A stretch of DNA of 64,000 nucleotides from Arenicellales bacterium. GTDB taxonomy: Bacteria > Pseudomonadota > Gammaproteobacteria > Arenicellales > Poriferihabitantaceae. The notes below the pieces were generated by a model. That model had not been told where the DNA came from. It saw only the letters and a program-made list of their open reading frames with translations, and did no database searches. The stretch is from the NCBI GenBank assembly GCA_963665165.1, contig OY761989.1:679976-743975 (forward strand). Reading direction: 5' to 3'. Below, piece after piece: positions 9,010 to 18,586 of the stretch. The first letter of the stretch is position 1; every line of letters starts with the position of its first letter. The translations under genes were made by a program, and so were the position numbers.

Positions 9010-10377
9010 TCAACGGCCGTCTAACCAGGCATTCAATTGTGCTTTGGAAATACCTAACCCGATAATCGCGCCTGCATGCAGGCCGCTCAGGTCTGCAAGA
9101 GTCATTGCCGTAAATTTGTCGGTCTCCGCTATTTTCCTGTCGGCGCAATATTCTTCGATGCACTTTTCGACCGCTTCTCCGTGCAAACCGTCTCGAACAA
9201 CAAGGCCCATCACTTCTTTTCGTTGTTGGCGATACTGAATGCGGAAGGCATCTATTTCACCCAATGATTGTTTTACTACGCCGTATTGTTTGCAGGAGCG
9301 AACATAAGCCCAGCAAAACAAATCCAGCATGGGCCTGATTTCATTCTTCTCGTAGATTGCCAGTAGCGCCGCAGTATAGTCATCACGAGACACGTCGGTA
9401 AAACTCAGCGGGCATAAATTTTGTTTGATAAAAGGAATATTGCAACTTAGCCGTGAAGTGCGTTTGTTGACATCCTCGAATGCTTGTAAATAAGACAAGT
9501 GAACCAGTAAAAAGAAGCTTTGTTCGAATGGGTCTTCGACCTTTCTGGATTTCAGCAAAAGGAGTTCGAATAGCTCTTTCAGTACATGGGGGTTGCCAAC
9601 AGGCTTGTACGCTGATTTTCCGATGTCGACTTCTATCGTCCGAATGTTGCCGCAGGCTTCGGGGTTCGCCAGCAAGTCTTGTGAAAGCAGATTATGCAGA
9701 TTGAATATCGTGAAGCTGTTCAGCTCGATGTCCCGCGCGTTCTCCACAAGGAATAATATGGCTTCCTTGTGGTTCATGATCATTACGGTTTCCTCGTGAA
9801 CCTTGCCTTCAGCGCTGATTCCTTCTTCCACCAGTTTTTGGGTATCCAGTCTTGAATAGGTATTGCCTTCCAGGCGGCTGGAATTATAGGAAAGATCAAT
9901 CAACAAACGCTGACAGATCTGCCGGGCGTAGGTTCCCGCGGCCAATTCCCTGTCAAACCGCTTTCCTTCCCTGAATAGTTTTGCCCGTAGTTCTTCAGGG
10001 ACATAAGCTGTCTCATCAGGAGTATAACTTTCGATAAACTCTCTTTTATAGGACACTTTTTCACGAACATAAAGAGGGGAGTCCAGGAAATCAAGGGCAT
10101 CCTGGCTTTCCTTGCTGAAAATTTCGCCTTCTTCCCGATTATCCTGTTCCATGGTTTTCCGGTAGAGATTTTTAGCGGGATAGTATCTGGCGGCCTTTCT
10201 CACTCCAATTCTTACAATCCTTCCTTCTTCTGCAAGGGTGGACAGGCGCCTTTGCAATGTTTTGTCATTTTGGGAAAATGATAGCTTTCTGGCAATCTGA
10301 CCGCGCGAAAGCCCCTCCGGATTCTTATCCAGAAGACCCATAATCTCAGCCATTTGTTTCATTATGCGCTGTACCAT
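9010..10377 (-). CDS. Fic-domain protein with N-terminal winged-helix domain and a non-canonical active-site motif
   Basis: 455 aa. N-terminal 'GLSRGQIARKLSFSQNDKTLQRRLSTLAEEGRIVRIG'. Inhibitory-helix-like 'SSRLEGN' ((S/T)xxxE(G/N)). The Fic-motif position reads 'QAFEDVNKRTSR' instead of HxFx(D/E)GNGRxxR. Confidence 0.8.
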   Translation of the reverse strand: MVQRIMKQMAEIMGLLDKNPEGLSRGQIARKLSFSQNDKTLQRRLSTLAEEGRIVRIGVRKAARYYPAKNLYRKTMEQDNREEGEIFSKESQDALDFLDSPLYVREKVSYKREFIESYTPDETAYVPEELRAKLFREGKRFDRELAAGTYARQICQRLLIDLSYNSSRLEGNTYSRLDTQKLVEEGISAEGKVHEETVMIMNHKEAILFLVENARDIELNSFTIFNLHNLLSQDLLANPEACGNIRTIEVDIGKSAYKPVGNPHVLKELFELLLLKSRKVEDPFEQSFFLLVHLSYLQAFEDVNKRTSRLSCNIPFIKQNLCPLSFTDVSRDDYTAALLAIYEKNEIRPMLDLFCWAYVRSCKQYGVVKQSLGEIDAFRIQYRQQRKEVMGLVVRDGLHGEAVEKCIEEYCADRKIAETDKFTAMTLADLSGLHAGAIIGLGISKAQLNAWLDGR

Positions 10378-10587
10378 AAATGTCTCTAAAGGTATCTCTG
10401 GATTGAAAATAGTTTATTTTTGGGACAAAATCAACCATTAAAGGACATTTAAGGGACACTGAAATGACTGCCCGGATCGGCCATCAAGCATTCACACTCT
10501 GACGCACCGGGAGCGGTCGGGGCGCCAGCTACCCGACCGGTTGGCGCGTGGCTTTTTCTTCCATCGGACCCCTTCGGGAATCGTAGA

Positions 10588-11923
10588 TCAGGCCTGCAAG
10601 GCCTGGCTGATCAATTTGGCGGTCTTGAGGCCGGATTTATGGGCGCCGGCGACTGTGGCCCAGTCGTCACGGCTCAATGCCTCGCCGGCAAACCAGATAC
10701 GCCCTGCAATATTCTTGCGAAGCTTGCGCCTTGCTTTTGCGCCGCCTGGCTCGGCGCTGGCGTAGGAGCCCTGAACCAGGGGATTGGTTGACCATTCGGC
10801 GACATCTGTTCCGAGCAGGTTGCGGTCCACCGCGCCACCGAACATCCGGCGCAATTCTTCAAGCACGAAATCCAGCGTGGCAGCCTCGCCTTCCTGGGCC
10901 AGTTGCCGGGCGAAGTCGCCACCGATGTCGCAGTAACTGATTCCGGTCCCGGAGGCATCAATGAGGGCGGCAAATCCTTTGGGTGACCCGTTCGATAGTT
11001 CGTTTACCTTGTAATAGAAATAACCGTCTTCGCCCACTCCAAAAAAATTCTCTTTGAACCGCAGCGCCACATGGGTATAGTGCCCCATGGTGAGTTGATG
11101 CATTGCCTCTTCCATATCAGGGGGCAGCGCTGGTTCGAAAGCAATGCTACCGGAAGCAAGCGCCCCCGTGGAAACGGTGACCACCACGGCCCTGGCATTC
11201 AGTGTGCCTTTGTCCGTATCGATCCGGACGCCCTGGCTACCCCACCGTATCCGTTGCGCTTTGGTGTTCAGCGTGACTGGAACGTCGCGGGCGCTATGGG
11301 CGAAGAGAGTTCCAAACCCCTCCCGGCAATAGTAATCCGTGCCATCTTCGGCGCTGTACCAATCAGCGCAGGAGAAGTGGTCGAAATCCTTGGCCATTTC
11401 GTAGGGGCCGAGCGCGAGGTGAACAGAATGGCTCCAGGCGCCGAGGTCGGGCATGACCGAAGCGGGTGATACGTCTTGTCTCCCTCGGCCCGCCCTGGTA
11501 ATGGCTCGCAAGGCATCCTCAACCGCATCGCCAAAGGCCATGATTTCCGCTTCCGTCGCCTTGCGATCACCAATCCGGAGGACCTCATCGTCGGGCGATT
11601 CGTATAGGGTGAAACCGTTCCTGATGCCGTAGTCGGCGAAAGGGTTGGCCTCACGGTAATGCAACCAGTGCGCACCGGTATCGTAAGGGGACGCCAAAGA
11701 TGTCGTGATCGGTGTGGACCCTGCCACCGATCCGGTCCGCTGCCTCAATCACGGTAACGTCGTACCCTTTCTGTCGCAATTCCCGGGCCGCGGAGATGCC
11801 GGCTGCGCCCGCGCCAATGACGACGACATCGTTTTCACTCGCTCCCGCACTGGCTGGCAAAACCACTCCAGTGGCCGCCGCCGCGCCAAGTTGCAGGAAT
11901 TTACGCCTCGAGTAGATATTCAT
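10588..11923 (-). pseudogene. Tat-exported FAD-dependent amine oxidase, split by a frameshift
   Basis: The N-terminal frame (11923..11651) has '[13 protein letters not shown]' and '[37 protein letters not shown]'. The remainder ('[10 protein letters not shown]...IWFAGEA') is in another frame (ORF 10588..11748). The frames switch near 11681-11700, at a C/G run. Confidence 0.65.
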
Positions 11924-11975
11924 GGTTTTTCTTCTGGAAGCATTCGCTGAACATTTCCCGAATTTTCAAAATACA

Positions 11976-12128
11976 ACAAATTAGCCTGATTTAACAGGCT
12001 ATTTGTTGTATCATCGCGCCCCTTGGAAATGGCCGGCCCGGCTATTGCCGAAACCACTCTCTTTAGCGCAATTTCAAATCACTTACAGCCATGAAAGACT
12101 TGACCAAGTATAGAAACATCGGGATTTT
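11976..12128. repeat. 153-bp direct repeat, copy 1 (5' UTR plus first 13 codons of the EF-G paralog)
   Basis: Identical by eye, base for base, to 15051-15203. Contains ATG 12091 '[12 protein letters not shown]' and then diverges. Confidence 0.9.
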
Positions 12129-12207
12129 GTGGAGTCTGTACGCGCAACAAAATCAGGGATATGGGAGCCAGGACTCTGTTGGGGAATTATTCCAGGAGCT
12201 TCGGACG

Positions 12208-12267
12208 TCTTCCACAGCCGTTGAAGGTACCTGATCTGGACATCTTCTGAACAAACCAGGAAAACCC
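12208..12267. repeat. 60-bp repeat, copy A (inverted relative to copy B)
   Basis: The reverse complement matches 20791-20850 at 56 of 60 positions. Confidence 0.85.
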
Positions 12268-12576
12268 GACCCGGTTGAGTATCCGCCTCACACCCCACGC
12301 ATCCGGGATGCCAAATGCTTAATTTCCAGCCCAATTGAAGGAAGACCAAAAACGCTATGTTTTCAACCTCTTGGTGGACTCGTGACCTTCCATCTCCCGT
12401 TCCACGAACCTCTACTTAGTCGCATCCTCAGGACACGACCTTAGCGGCACTTGTCCCTGACCCGCAAGGCACTCCGCCCGACAAGAGGGCAGCGCTGCTG
12501 CCTGTTCATGTCCGCTGCGATACACCAAGCTGACGGGCAAGGCACTACAAGCAGACCGGACGCCGGAGCGTCAGCT

Positions 12577-13254
12577 TCAGTAATGCTGGCCCAACTTTGC
12601 TGCTGGTGAACACTCTGCGTCGGGCCGGACAACGACGCAGGGCATGCGCAGCAGGTCCAGGTTTGTGGACCATCCGGCCCACAAAATCGCACCTCCAATC
12701 AACGACCGAACCTGTGGCTCCGGTTTACACTGTTCAGCGGGGTCTGGTAGGCGATCAGCGAATTCACGACAAGCAATCAAGGCATCCTCTGCATCTTCTG
12801 ATCCGCCTCTTTTGCTTTTGCCGGTCACGAATGCTTCCCAAAAGAATAGCGCGGACTCACTGTCCGAAAACTCCGACCAAGCCAGATGTACCGACGGAAG
12901 CGAGGTCCCCCGCTGGTTCAGTCGACACCGCAGCTCGTCAAGAATCCACGCGACTTGGGTGACGCCAGTGGCAAGCACGGCAGCCCCGGCCGCGGCCGAC
13001 CAAGCGCGATTCCCATCCACTCGACGGCCTTTCGTGAGGCACTGCGGCTTCGTCGGAACAGGCACCCAGAGCGGGCATTCGAAGCCGAGCGCCACCTTAC
13101 GCCCTTTCGCTATAGTGCAAGCAATGTCATCAACAAAGGCCACAATGCAGTTGCCCATATGGCTTTGATCTCCGACGAGGCGTGCCCATCCAAAGCGCTT
13201 CTTGGCGACAGACCCGATGTCGGCGCAATAGATCGTTAGTTCTTCACACGTCAT
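12577..13254 (-). CDS. RNase-H-fold (DUF429-like) predicted nuclease
   Basis: 'TIYCADIGSVAKKRFGWARL', 'VALGFECPLWVP' and 'EDAEDALIACREFA' resemble the D/E/D triad layout of RuvC/DUF429-type proteins. ATG 13254 overlaps the upstream stop as ATGA. Confidence 0.5.
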   Translation of the reverse strand: MTCEELTIYCADIGSVAKKRFGWARLVGDQSHMGNCIVAFVDDIACTIAKGRKVALGFECPLWVPVPTKPQCLTKGRRVDGNRAWSAAAGAAVLATGVTQVAWILDELRCRLNQRGTSLPSVHLAWSEFSDSESALFFWEAFVTGKSKRGGSEDAEDALIACREFADRLPDPAEQCKPEPQVRSLIGGAILWAGWSTNLDLLRMPCVVVRPDAECSPAAKLGQHY

Positions 13255-13757
13255 CGCGTAGCCTCCGGCGAACTGCCGTCGCCACATTTCATTTTCCGCA
13301 CGGTTCGATCATGCTGAACCAAAAACACGACTATGTTGAGTGCTGTTAAAGCGGGAGCAATATCTTCAACCAATTTTATGTGACCCTCAGTACAAGGAAG
13401 TGCGATGCCTGCCTTGTGTCTTCCATTGCTGACCACAGTAGCAGCCTCGTAAAGTGCTCTAGAAACGTGGTTCTTTCTCTGGTTTCCGTTGAAAGGTTTT
13501 CCGAAGCGATTCGTTCCACACTTGCTTGATGTCTCTCCCTTAGCTTCTATGGCGATAGAAGACTGGCCTTTCCGTGCCAAGATGTCGAAACCCCGTTGAA
13601 CAGTGCTACTGGTATTTTCAATGTTCCAGCCGCCGTCTTGCAAATGCAAAACGACGGCTTCGATGACATCGTTTTCGGTAAGCATAAGCTTTCTCTCAGA
13701 GGTCAATCCATCAGCCGATCCTATCCCATCCCGTTCGCTTAGGGTTGAACTGGGCAT
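13251..13757 (-). CDS. PD-(D/E)xK-type (restriction-endonuclease-fold) protein
   Basis: 'RGFDILARKGQSSIAIEAKGE' is a D...E-x-K core. An alternative start is ATG 13685 ('MLTENDVIEAV'). Confidence 0.55.
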   Translation of the reverse strand: MPSSTLSERDGIGSADGLTSERKLMLTENDVIEAVVLHLQDGGWNIENTSSTVQRGFDILARKGQSSIAIEAKGETSSKCGTNRFGKPFNGNQRKNHVSRALYEAATVVSNGRHKAGIALPCTEGHIKLVEDIAPALTALNIVVFLVQHDRTVRKMKCGDGSSPEATR

Positions 13758-14200
13758 AATTTGTCCTGAATCACTGCCGCCACTCGCTCCGCGGCTTGAC
13801 TCAGTGTCGCGTTGTCGAGATGGACATAGCGGTTGGTGGTGCTGGCCCGCCGGTGACCAAGCAGGCGTCCCGCAACATGAAGACTCTCCCCACGCATCCC
13901 AATGCCCGTTGACACTAAAGCCAACGATGTCGGTAGGTATCGAAAATCATCGCATCTACAATGGGTTAGCCAATACCTGCGATTCGTTCTTCCTCTTCTT
14001 CACCACGCCTCGGTTTACGCCCAAGACACGACTGTAGCTCAGCTGACACTCGATCAGTAAATTCCAAACTTGAGCTTTCCACCAACGAACGCCTGTGCGC
14101 ATGTGCATAGCCAGTTGGCTCTCGGCTTGGTATGGAACCACTAAGCCTTGCAGTCAGGCGCACAAAGCCCTTACTCGGATCGCCGCAATAAGTAAAAGAG
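13739..14200 (-). pseudogene. Tyrosine recombinase (integrase) remnant
   Basis: The C-terminal frame reads '...RCDDFRYLPTSLALVSTGIGMRGESLHVAGRLLGHRRASTTNRYVHLD' (LLGH...Y box, but the HxxR histidine is replaced). Upstream pieces lie in two other frames ('MHMRTGVR', 'RRSLVESSSLEFTD'). The N-terminal half is absent. The upper boundary is approximate. Confidence 0.6.
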
Positions 14201-14210
14201 GTATACTTTG

Positions 14211-14597
14211 TTACTGTGTCGATTCGAAATAGCATGAATTATACCATTTAAGAAGATATTGGTATTTCGGGCAAATATTCTCCGCCAATGGACAGAACGG
14301 ACCGGTCTTGTCTCGACCATCGTTGACACCATCAGCTTTCCTGTAGAGCCTAAAGCGACCAGCCGCATCTCTGGTCAAATAGCGGTTGCGGCTACCGCCG
14401 CGCTGGGGATTGTTCTTATCCCTTTGTCGATCCTCCGAGCCTACCAAATGATGCGTGATCATAACTGGCGAAATGGTCGCCGCGAACATTGTTTGTATTT
14501 TGGCGTCGATCTGCGCTTTCGACACTGTGGTTGTCGCTCGAATGTCAGGGTAAATCAGAGTCCCAACTGCAATCCAAATCTTATTCATTTTTGTCAT
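14211..14597 (-). CDS. Hypothetical protein (128 aa)
   Basis: AGGAG lies 9 nt upstream of ATG 14597. 'IWIAVGTLIYPD...HHLVGSEDRQRDKNNPQRGGSRNRYLTRDAAGRFRLYRKADG'. Family not recognised. Confidence 0.45.
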   Translation of the reverse strand: MTKMNKIWIAVGTLIYPDIRATTTVSKAQIDAKIQTMFAATISPVMITHHLVGSEDRQRDKNNPQRGGSRNRYLTRDAAGRFRLYRKADGVNDGRDKTGPFCPLAENICPKYQYLLKWYNSCYFESTQ

Positions 14598-14624
14598 GTC
14601 AACAAACTCCTGGTTTCTTACTTC

Positions 14625-14786
14625 TCACTGAAAATGTTCTGGATCTTCGAGTATATTTTTCCATTTGGTTCTGTCGCATTCGAGCGCATCAAACTTGCCT
14701 TTGATTTGTTCTGTGGCACACTCCACTGCATTCATCATATAGCCAGAGCTGGTTACCTTCGGTATCGTGCACCCGTGGGCTCGCAT
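14625..14786 (-). CDS. Small hypothetical ORF (53 aa from the ATG; the frame is open further upstream)
   Basis: 'MRAHGCTIPKVTSSGYMMNAVECATEQIKGKFDALECDRTKWKNILEDPEHFQ'. Below the 60-aa ORF-track cutoff. It ends 27 nt before the next gene. No clear RBS. Confidence 0.25.
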   Translation of the reverse strand: MRAHGCTIPKVTSSGYMMNAVECATEQIKGKFDALECDRTKWKNILEDPEHFQ

Positions 14787-15050
14787 TTGTTGAATCACTA
14801 TGAGTTGTAATATGCGATCATTTTCTTGAACAAACAGGTGAATTTGCTTGATTTGGTCCTCGGTATGTTATCTCGAACACTGCGGCTGTTGCAAATGGGC
14901 GCTCCGCTCCAGCGTATACTAATCCAGCCATTCGGTGGTGGCTTCTTCATTTTCAGGAACCGTTGGAGTCATTCAATGCTACTGATTGTTTTTGTCGTTT
15001 GCTTCTTTGCCATCCTCTTCAACAAGATAATCCTTTGTGCATGATTTTTG

Positions 15051-15203
15051 ACAAATTAGCCTGATTTAACAGGCTATTTGTTGTATCATCGCGCCCCTTG
15101 GAAATGGCCGGCCCGGCTATTGCCGAAACCACTCTCTTTAGCGCAATTTCAAATCACTTACAGCCATGAAAGACTTGACCAAGTATAGAAACATCGGGAT
15201 TTT
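15051..15203. repeat. 153-bp direct repeat, copy 2 (native 5' end of the EF-G paralog)
   Basis: Identical to 11976-12128 and continues into the intact gene. Confidence 0.9.
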
Positions 15204-17253
15204 TGCACATGTCGATGCAGGGAAAACGACTACCACGGAACGAATTTTGAGTCTGACCGGCAAGATTCATAAAATCGGTGAAGTGCACGATGGTGAAGCG
15301 ACGACAGATTTCATGGATCAGGAGCGCGAGCGCGGAATTACGATCCAGTCGGCGGCAACCAGCGCGTTCTGGGACGGGCATCGCCTGAATATTATCGATA
15401 CTCCGGGCCATGTCGATTTTACGATTGAAGTTTATCGTTCGCTGAAAGTGCTGGACGGCGGCGTCGGTGTGTTCTGCGGTTCCGGGGGGGTTGAGCCGCA
15501 ATCGGAAACAAACTGGCGGTATGCCAATGATTCCGGGGTTGCACGGATTATTTTCGTCAACAAGCTGGACCGCCTCGGTGCTGATTTTTATCGTGTGGTT
15601 GATCAGATCAGGAATATTCTGGGCGCAAAACCCCTGGTTTTGACTTTGCCTATCGGCATTGAAGATGAATTTGTCGGGGTGGTTGACCTGTTGACTCGCA
15701 AGGCCTGGGTCTGGGATGGGTCCGGTGACCCGCAGAACTATCGAATCGAGGAACCCCCGGCTGACATGGCCGGCCGGATCGAGCAATATCGCGAGGAACT
15801 GGTCGAGGCCGCCCTGGAACACGATGATGCCGCGATGGAAAAATATCTCGATGGTGAAGAACCGGACGTGGATACCGTCAAGGCGTGTATCCGCAAAGGC
15901 ACGATTGATCTTGACTTCTTCCCGACCCTTTGTGGTTCCGCGTTCAAGAACAAGGGGATTCAACCGGTATTGAATGCGGTGGTTGATTATCTGCCGAATC
16001 CTGTCGAGGTCAAGCCACAACCCGAGGTCGATCTTGAAGGAGTCGAAACCGGAAGTTATGCGATTGTCGATCCCGGCAAACCGATGCGCGCCCTGGCGTT
16101 CAAGATCATGGATGACCGGTATGGGGCATTGACGTTCCTGCGCGTCTACTCAGGAACAATCGCCAAGGGGGCGACCGTGTTGAATACCGCCACTGGCAAG
16201 ACCGAGCGAATCGGGCGGATTGTTGAAATGCACGCTGATTCCAGAGAGGATCTGACCTCGGCGCAGGCCGGGGATATTGTCGCGGCGCTGGGCATGAAAA
16301 ATGTCAAAACCGGCCATACCCTGTGTGACCCGGACAACCCCGCTACCCTGGAGCCGATGGTATTCCCCGATCCGGTGATTTTCATGTCGGTCGCGCCTAA
16401 AAACAAGGCGGCATCGGAAAAGATGGGTATCGCCCTGGGCAAGATGGTATCGGAGGATCCGTCTTTTCATGTCAGCACCGACGATGACAGCGGGGAAACC
16501 ATTTTACAGGGAATGGGTGAACTGCATCTCGATATCAAGGTGGATCTGTTGAAACGAACCCACGGAGTCGAGGTGGAAGTGGGCAAGCCCCAGGTGGCTT
16601 ACCGCGAGACCATTACGCAGAGCCTGTCGGATACGTATATCCACAAGAAGCAGACCGGCGGCGCCGGGCAGTTCGGTAAAATCGACTACAGGATCGAACC
16701 GGCGGAAGCCGGTTCCGGTTATCAGTTTGAATCGAAGGTGACCGGCGGGAATGTCCCCCGTGAATTCTGGCCGGCGATAGACAAGGGGTTCAGGGAGTGC
16801 ATGGAGACCGGGATACTGGCCGGATACCCCTGTATTGACGTCAAGGTGACCTTGCTGGATGGCGCGTACCATGCGGTGGATTCCTCCGCAGTGGCGTTCG
16901 AACTGGCGGCCAGGGCCGCTTACCGGCAGTCCATGGGGAAGGCTGGCCCCCAGTTGCTGGAGCCGATCATGAAAGTGGATGTGTTCACTCCCGAGGCCAA
17001 TGTCGGAGATGTGATCGGTGACCTCAACCGGCGCCGCGGAATGATCCGGTCCCAGGATGCCGGGGCGGTTGGCGTCCGTATCAAGGGCGACGTGCCGCTT
17101 TCCGACATGTTCGGCTACATCGGCGACCTGCGGACGCTGACTTCAGGACGCGGACAGTTCTCGATGGAGTTTTCCCACTACATGCCCTGTCCGAAAAACG
17201 TGGCTGAAGGCGTGATCAGGGAAACCCTGGAAAGAAACGCGGCCAAATCCTGA
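15166..17253 (+). CDS. fusA: Elongation factor G paralog (EF-G2-like)
   Basis: 695 aa. '[22 protein letters not shown]', 'DTPGHVDF', 'NKLDR'. It stands alone rather than inside an rpsL-rpsG-fusA-tuf operon. Confidence 0.9.
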   Translation: MKDLTKYRNIGIFAHVDAGKTTTTERILSLTGKIHKIGEVHDGEATTDFMDQERERGITIQSAATSAFWDGHRLNIIDTPGHVDFTIEVYRSLKVLDGGVGVFCGSGGVEPQSETNWRYANDSGVARIIFVNKLDRLGADFYRVVDQIRNILGAKPLVLTLPIGIEDEFVGVVDLLTRKAWVWDGSGDPQNYRIEEPPADMAGRIEQYREELVEAALEHDDAAMEKYLDGEEPDVDTVKACIRKGTIDLDFFPTLCGSAFKNKGIQPVLNAVVDYLPNPVEVKPQPEVDLEGVETGSYAIVDPGKPMRALAFKIMDDRYGALTFLRVYSGTIAKGATVLNTATGKTERIGRIVEMHADSREDLTSAQAGDIVAALGMKNVKTGHTLCDPDNPATLEPMVFPDPVIFMSVAPKNKAASEKMGIALGKMVSEDPSFHVSTDDDSGETILQGMGELHLDIKVDLLKRTHGVEVEVGKPQVAYRETITQSLSDTYIHKKQTGGAGQFGKIDYRIEPAEAGSGYQFESKVTGGNVPREFWPAIDKGFRECMETGILAGYPCIDVKVTLLDGAYHAVDSSAVAFELAARAAYRQSMGKAGPQLLEPIMKVDVFTPEANVGDVIGDLNRRRGMIRSQDAGAVGVRIKGDVPLSDMFGYIGDLRTLTSGRGQFSMEFSHYMPCPKNVAEGVIRETLERNAAKS

Positions 17254-17335
17254 CGGCTCTGCGTAACTTTCAAACGTGGGTGCCACAGGTATCGCAATTT
17301 AACGTCTCACGCTTCTTGTTCCGGGTGACCAGGTT

Positions 17336-18550
17336 ATGAACACTCTTGACAGACCTCAAACAATCCACTTCGAGAATGGCGTCAAGCATAAGCCGACGTT
17401 TTCTGCGGCAGAAATGAATCGTCGCTTGACCAGGCTTCGCGCTTGCATGGAGGCGGCCAATATAGACGCCACGCTATTCACTTCGATTCATAACGTCAAC
17501 TATTACGCCGACTTCGTTTATTGTTCCTTTGGTCGTCCGTATGGTCTGGTGGTGACGCATGACGCGCAGACCACGGTCAGCGCCAATATCGACGGTGGCC
17601 AGCCGTGGCGCCGGAGCCTGGCCGATAATATCGTTTATACGGATTGGCAACGGGACAATTTTTTTCGCGCGCTGCAAAAACTGATCCATGGCAAGGTCCG
17701 TGTTGGTATAGAGCACGACCATCTGGCCCTGGAACATCACGCAAAATTGACTGAATTTCTGCCAGATGCCGAGTTCGTCGACATTGGAGCGCCCACCATG
17801 AAGATGCGCATGGTTAAATCTCCCGAGGAGCATGCGTTGATCCGACAGGGAGCGCGTATCTCGGATATCGGTGGCGCGGCCTGTGTAGAGGCTGTTGCAG
17901 AGGGGGTGCCTGAGTATGAGGTGGCCATGCATTCAACCCGGGCGATGGTGCGTGCGATCGCGAATACCTATCCACATACCGCATTGATGGATACCTGGAC
18001 CTGGTTCCAGTCCGGCATCAACACCGATGGCGCCCATAATCCGCTTACGACCAGACGCATCGGGAAAGGGGATATCCTGAGCCTGAACTGCTTCTCAATG
18101 ATTTCAGGCTACTATCAGGCGCTCGAACGCACGCTGTTTTTACACCACGTTTCGGATCGCGCGCTGGAACTCTGGGAAATTAACTGTGAGGTGCATCGTA
18201 AAGGATTGGAGCTGGTCCGTCCGGGTATGAAATGTTGTGAGGTGGCCGCCGAACTGAACGAGATTTTTCTGCACTATGGATTATTGCAGTACCGTACCTT
18301 CGGTTATGGCCATTCTTTCGGTTCGCTGTCCCACTATTACGGGCGTGAGGCGGGGCTTGAGTTTCGGGAAGACATCGAGACCGTACTCGAGCCGGGTATG
18401 GTGGTTTCAATAGAGCCGATGATCACATTGCCGGAGGGTATGGAAGGCGCAGGTGGCTACCGTGAGCACGATATCCTGATTGTCACCGGGGATGGGGCCG
18501 AAAACATCACGCGCTTTCCGTTTGGTCCGGAGCATAATGTAATCGGTTGA
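17336..18550 (+). CDS. Creatinase (creatine amidinohydrolase, M24 family)
   Basis: Collinear with Pseudomonas putida creatinase as recalled: 'YCSFGRPYGLVVT', 'ANIDGGQPWRR', 'TWTWFQSGINTDGAHNP', 'QYRTFGYGHSFG', 'GGYREHDILIV'. Confidence 0.9.
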   Translation: MNTLDRPQTIHFENGVKHKPTFSAAEMNRRLTRLRACMEAANIDATLFTSIHNVNYYADFVYCSFGRPYGLVVTHDAQTTVSANIDGGQPWRRSLADNIVYTDWQRDNFFRALQKLIHGKVRVGIEHDHLALEHHAKLTEFLPDAEFVDIGAPTMKMRMVKSPEEHALIRQGARISDIGGAACVEAVAEGVPEYEVAMHSTRAMVRAIANTYPHTALMDTWTWFQSGINTDGAHNPLTTRRIGKGDILSLNCFSMISGYYQALERTLFLHHVSDRALELWEINCEVHRKGLELVRPGMKCCEVAAELNEIFLHYGLLQYRTFGYGHSFGSLSHYYGREAGLEFREDIETVLEPGMVVSIEPMITLPEGMEGAGGYREHDILIVTGDGAENITRFPFGPEHNVIG

Positions 18551-18586
18551 ACCTTCAGGGCTGGAAGTTTGCGACATCCTCGCGGC

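Larger units (their letters stand above)
12129..15050. mobile_element. Decayed integrative element inserted in the 5' end of the EF-G paralog
   Basis: Bounded by the perfect 153-bp direct repeats. Contains a frameshifted tyrosine-recombinase remnant, two intact nuclease-like genes, orphan ORFs and one copy of a 60-bp repeat. Confidence 0.55.

Noticed and set aside
10422-10458. Three (G/A)GGACA hexamers upstream of the Fic gene as a possible operator for its winged-helix domain.
   Set aside because: The hexamers are short, irregularly spaced (20 and 11 nt) and lie in AT-rich DNA, so they are easily chance occurrences.
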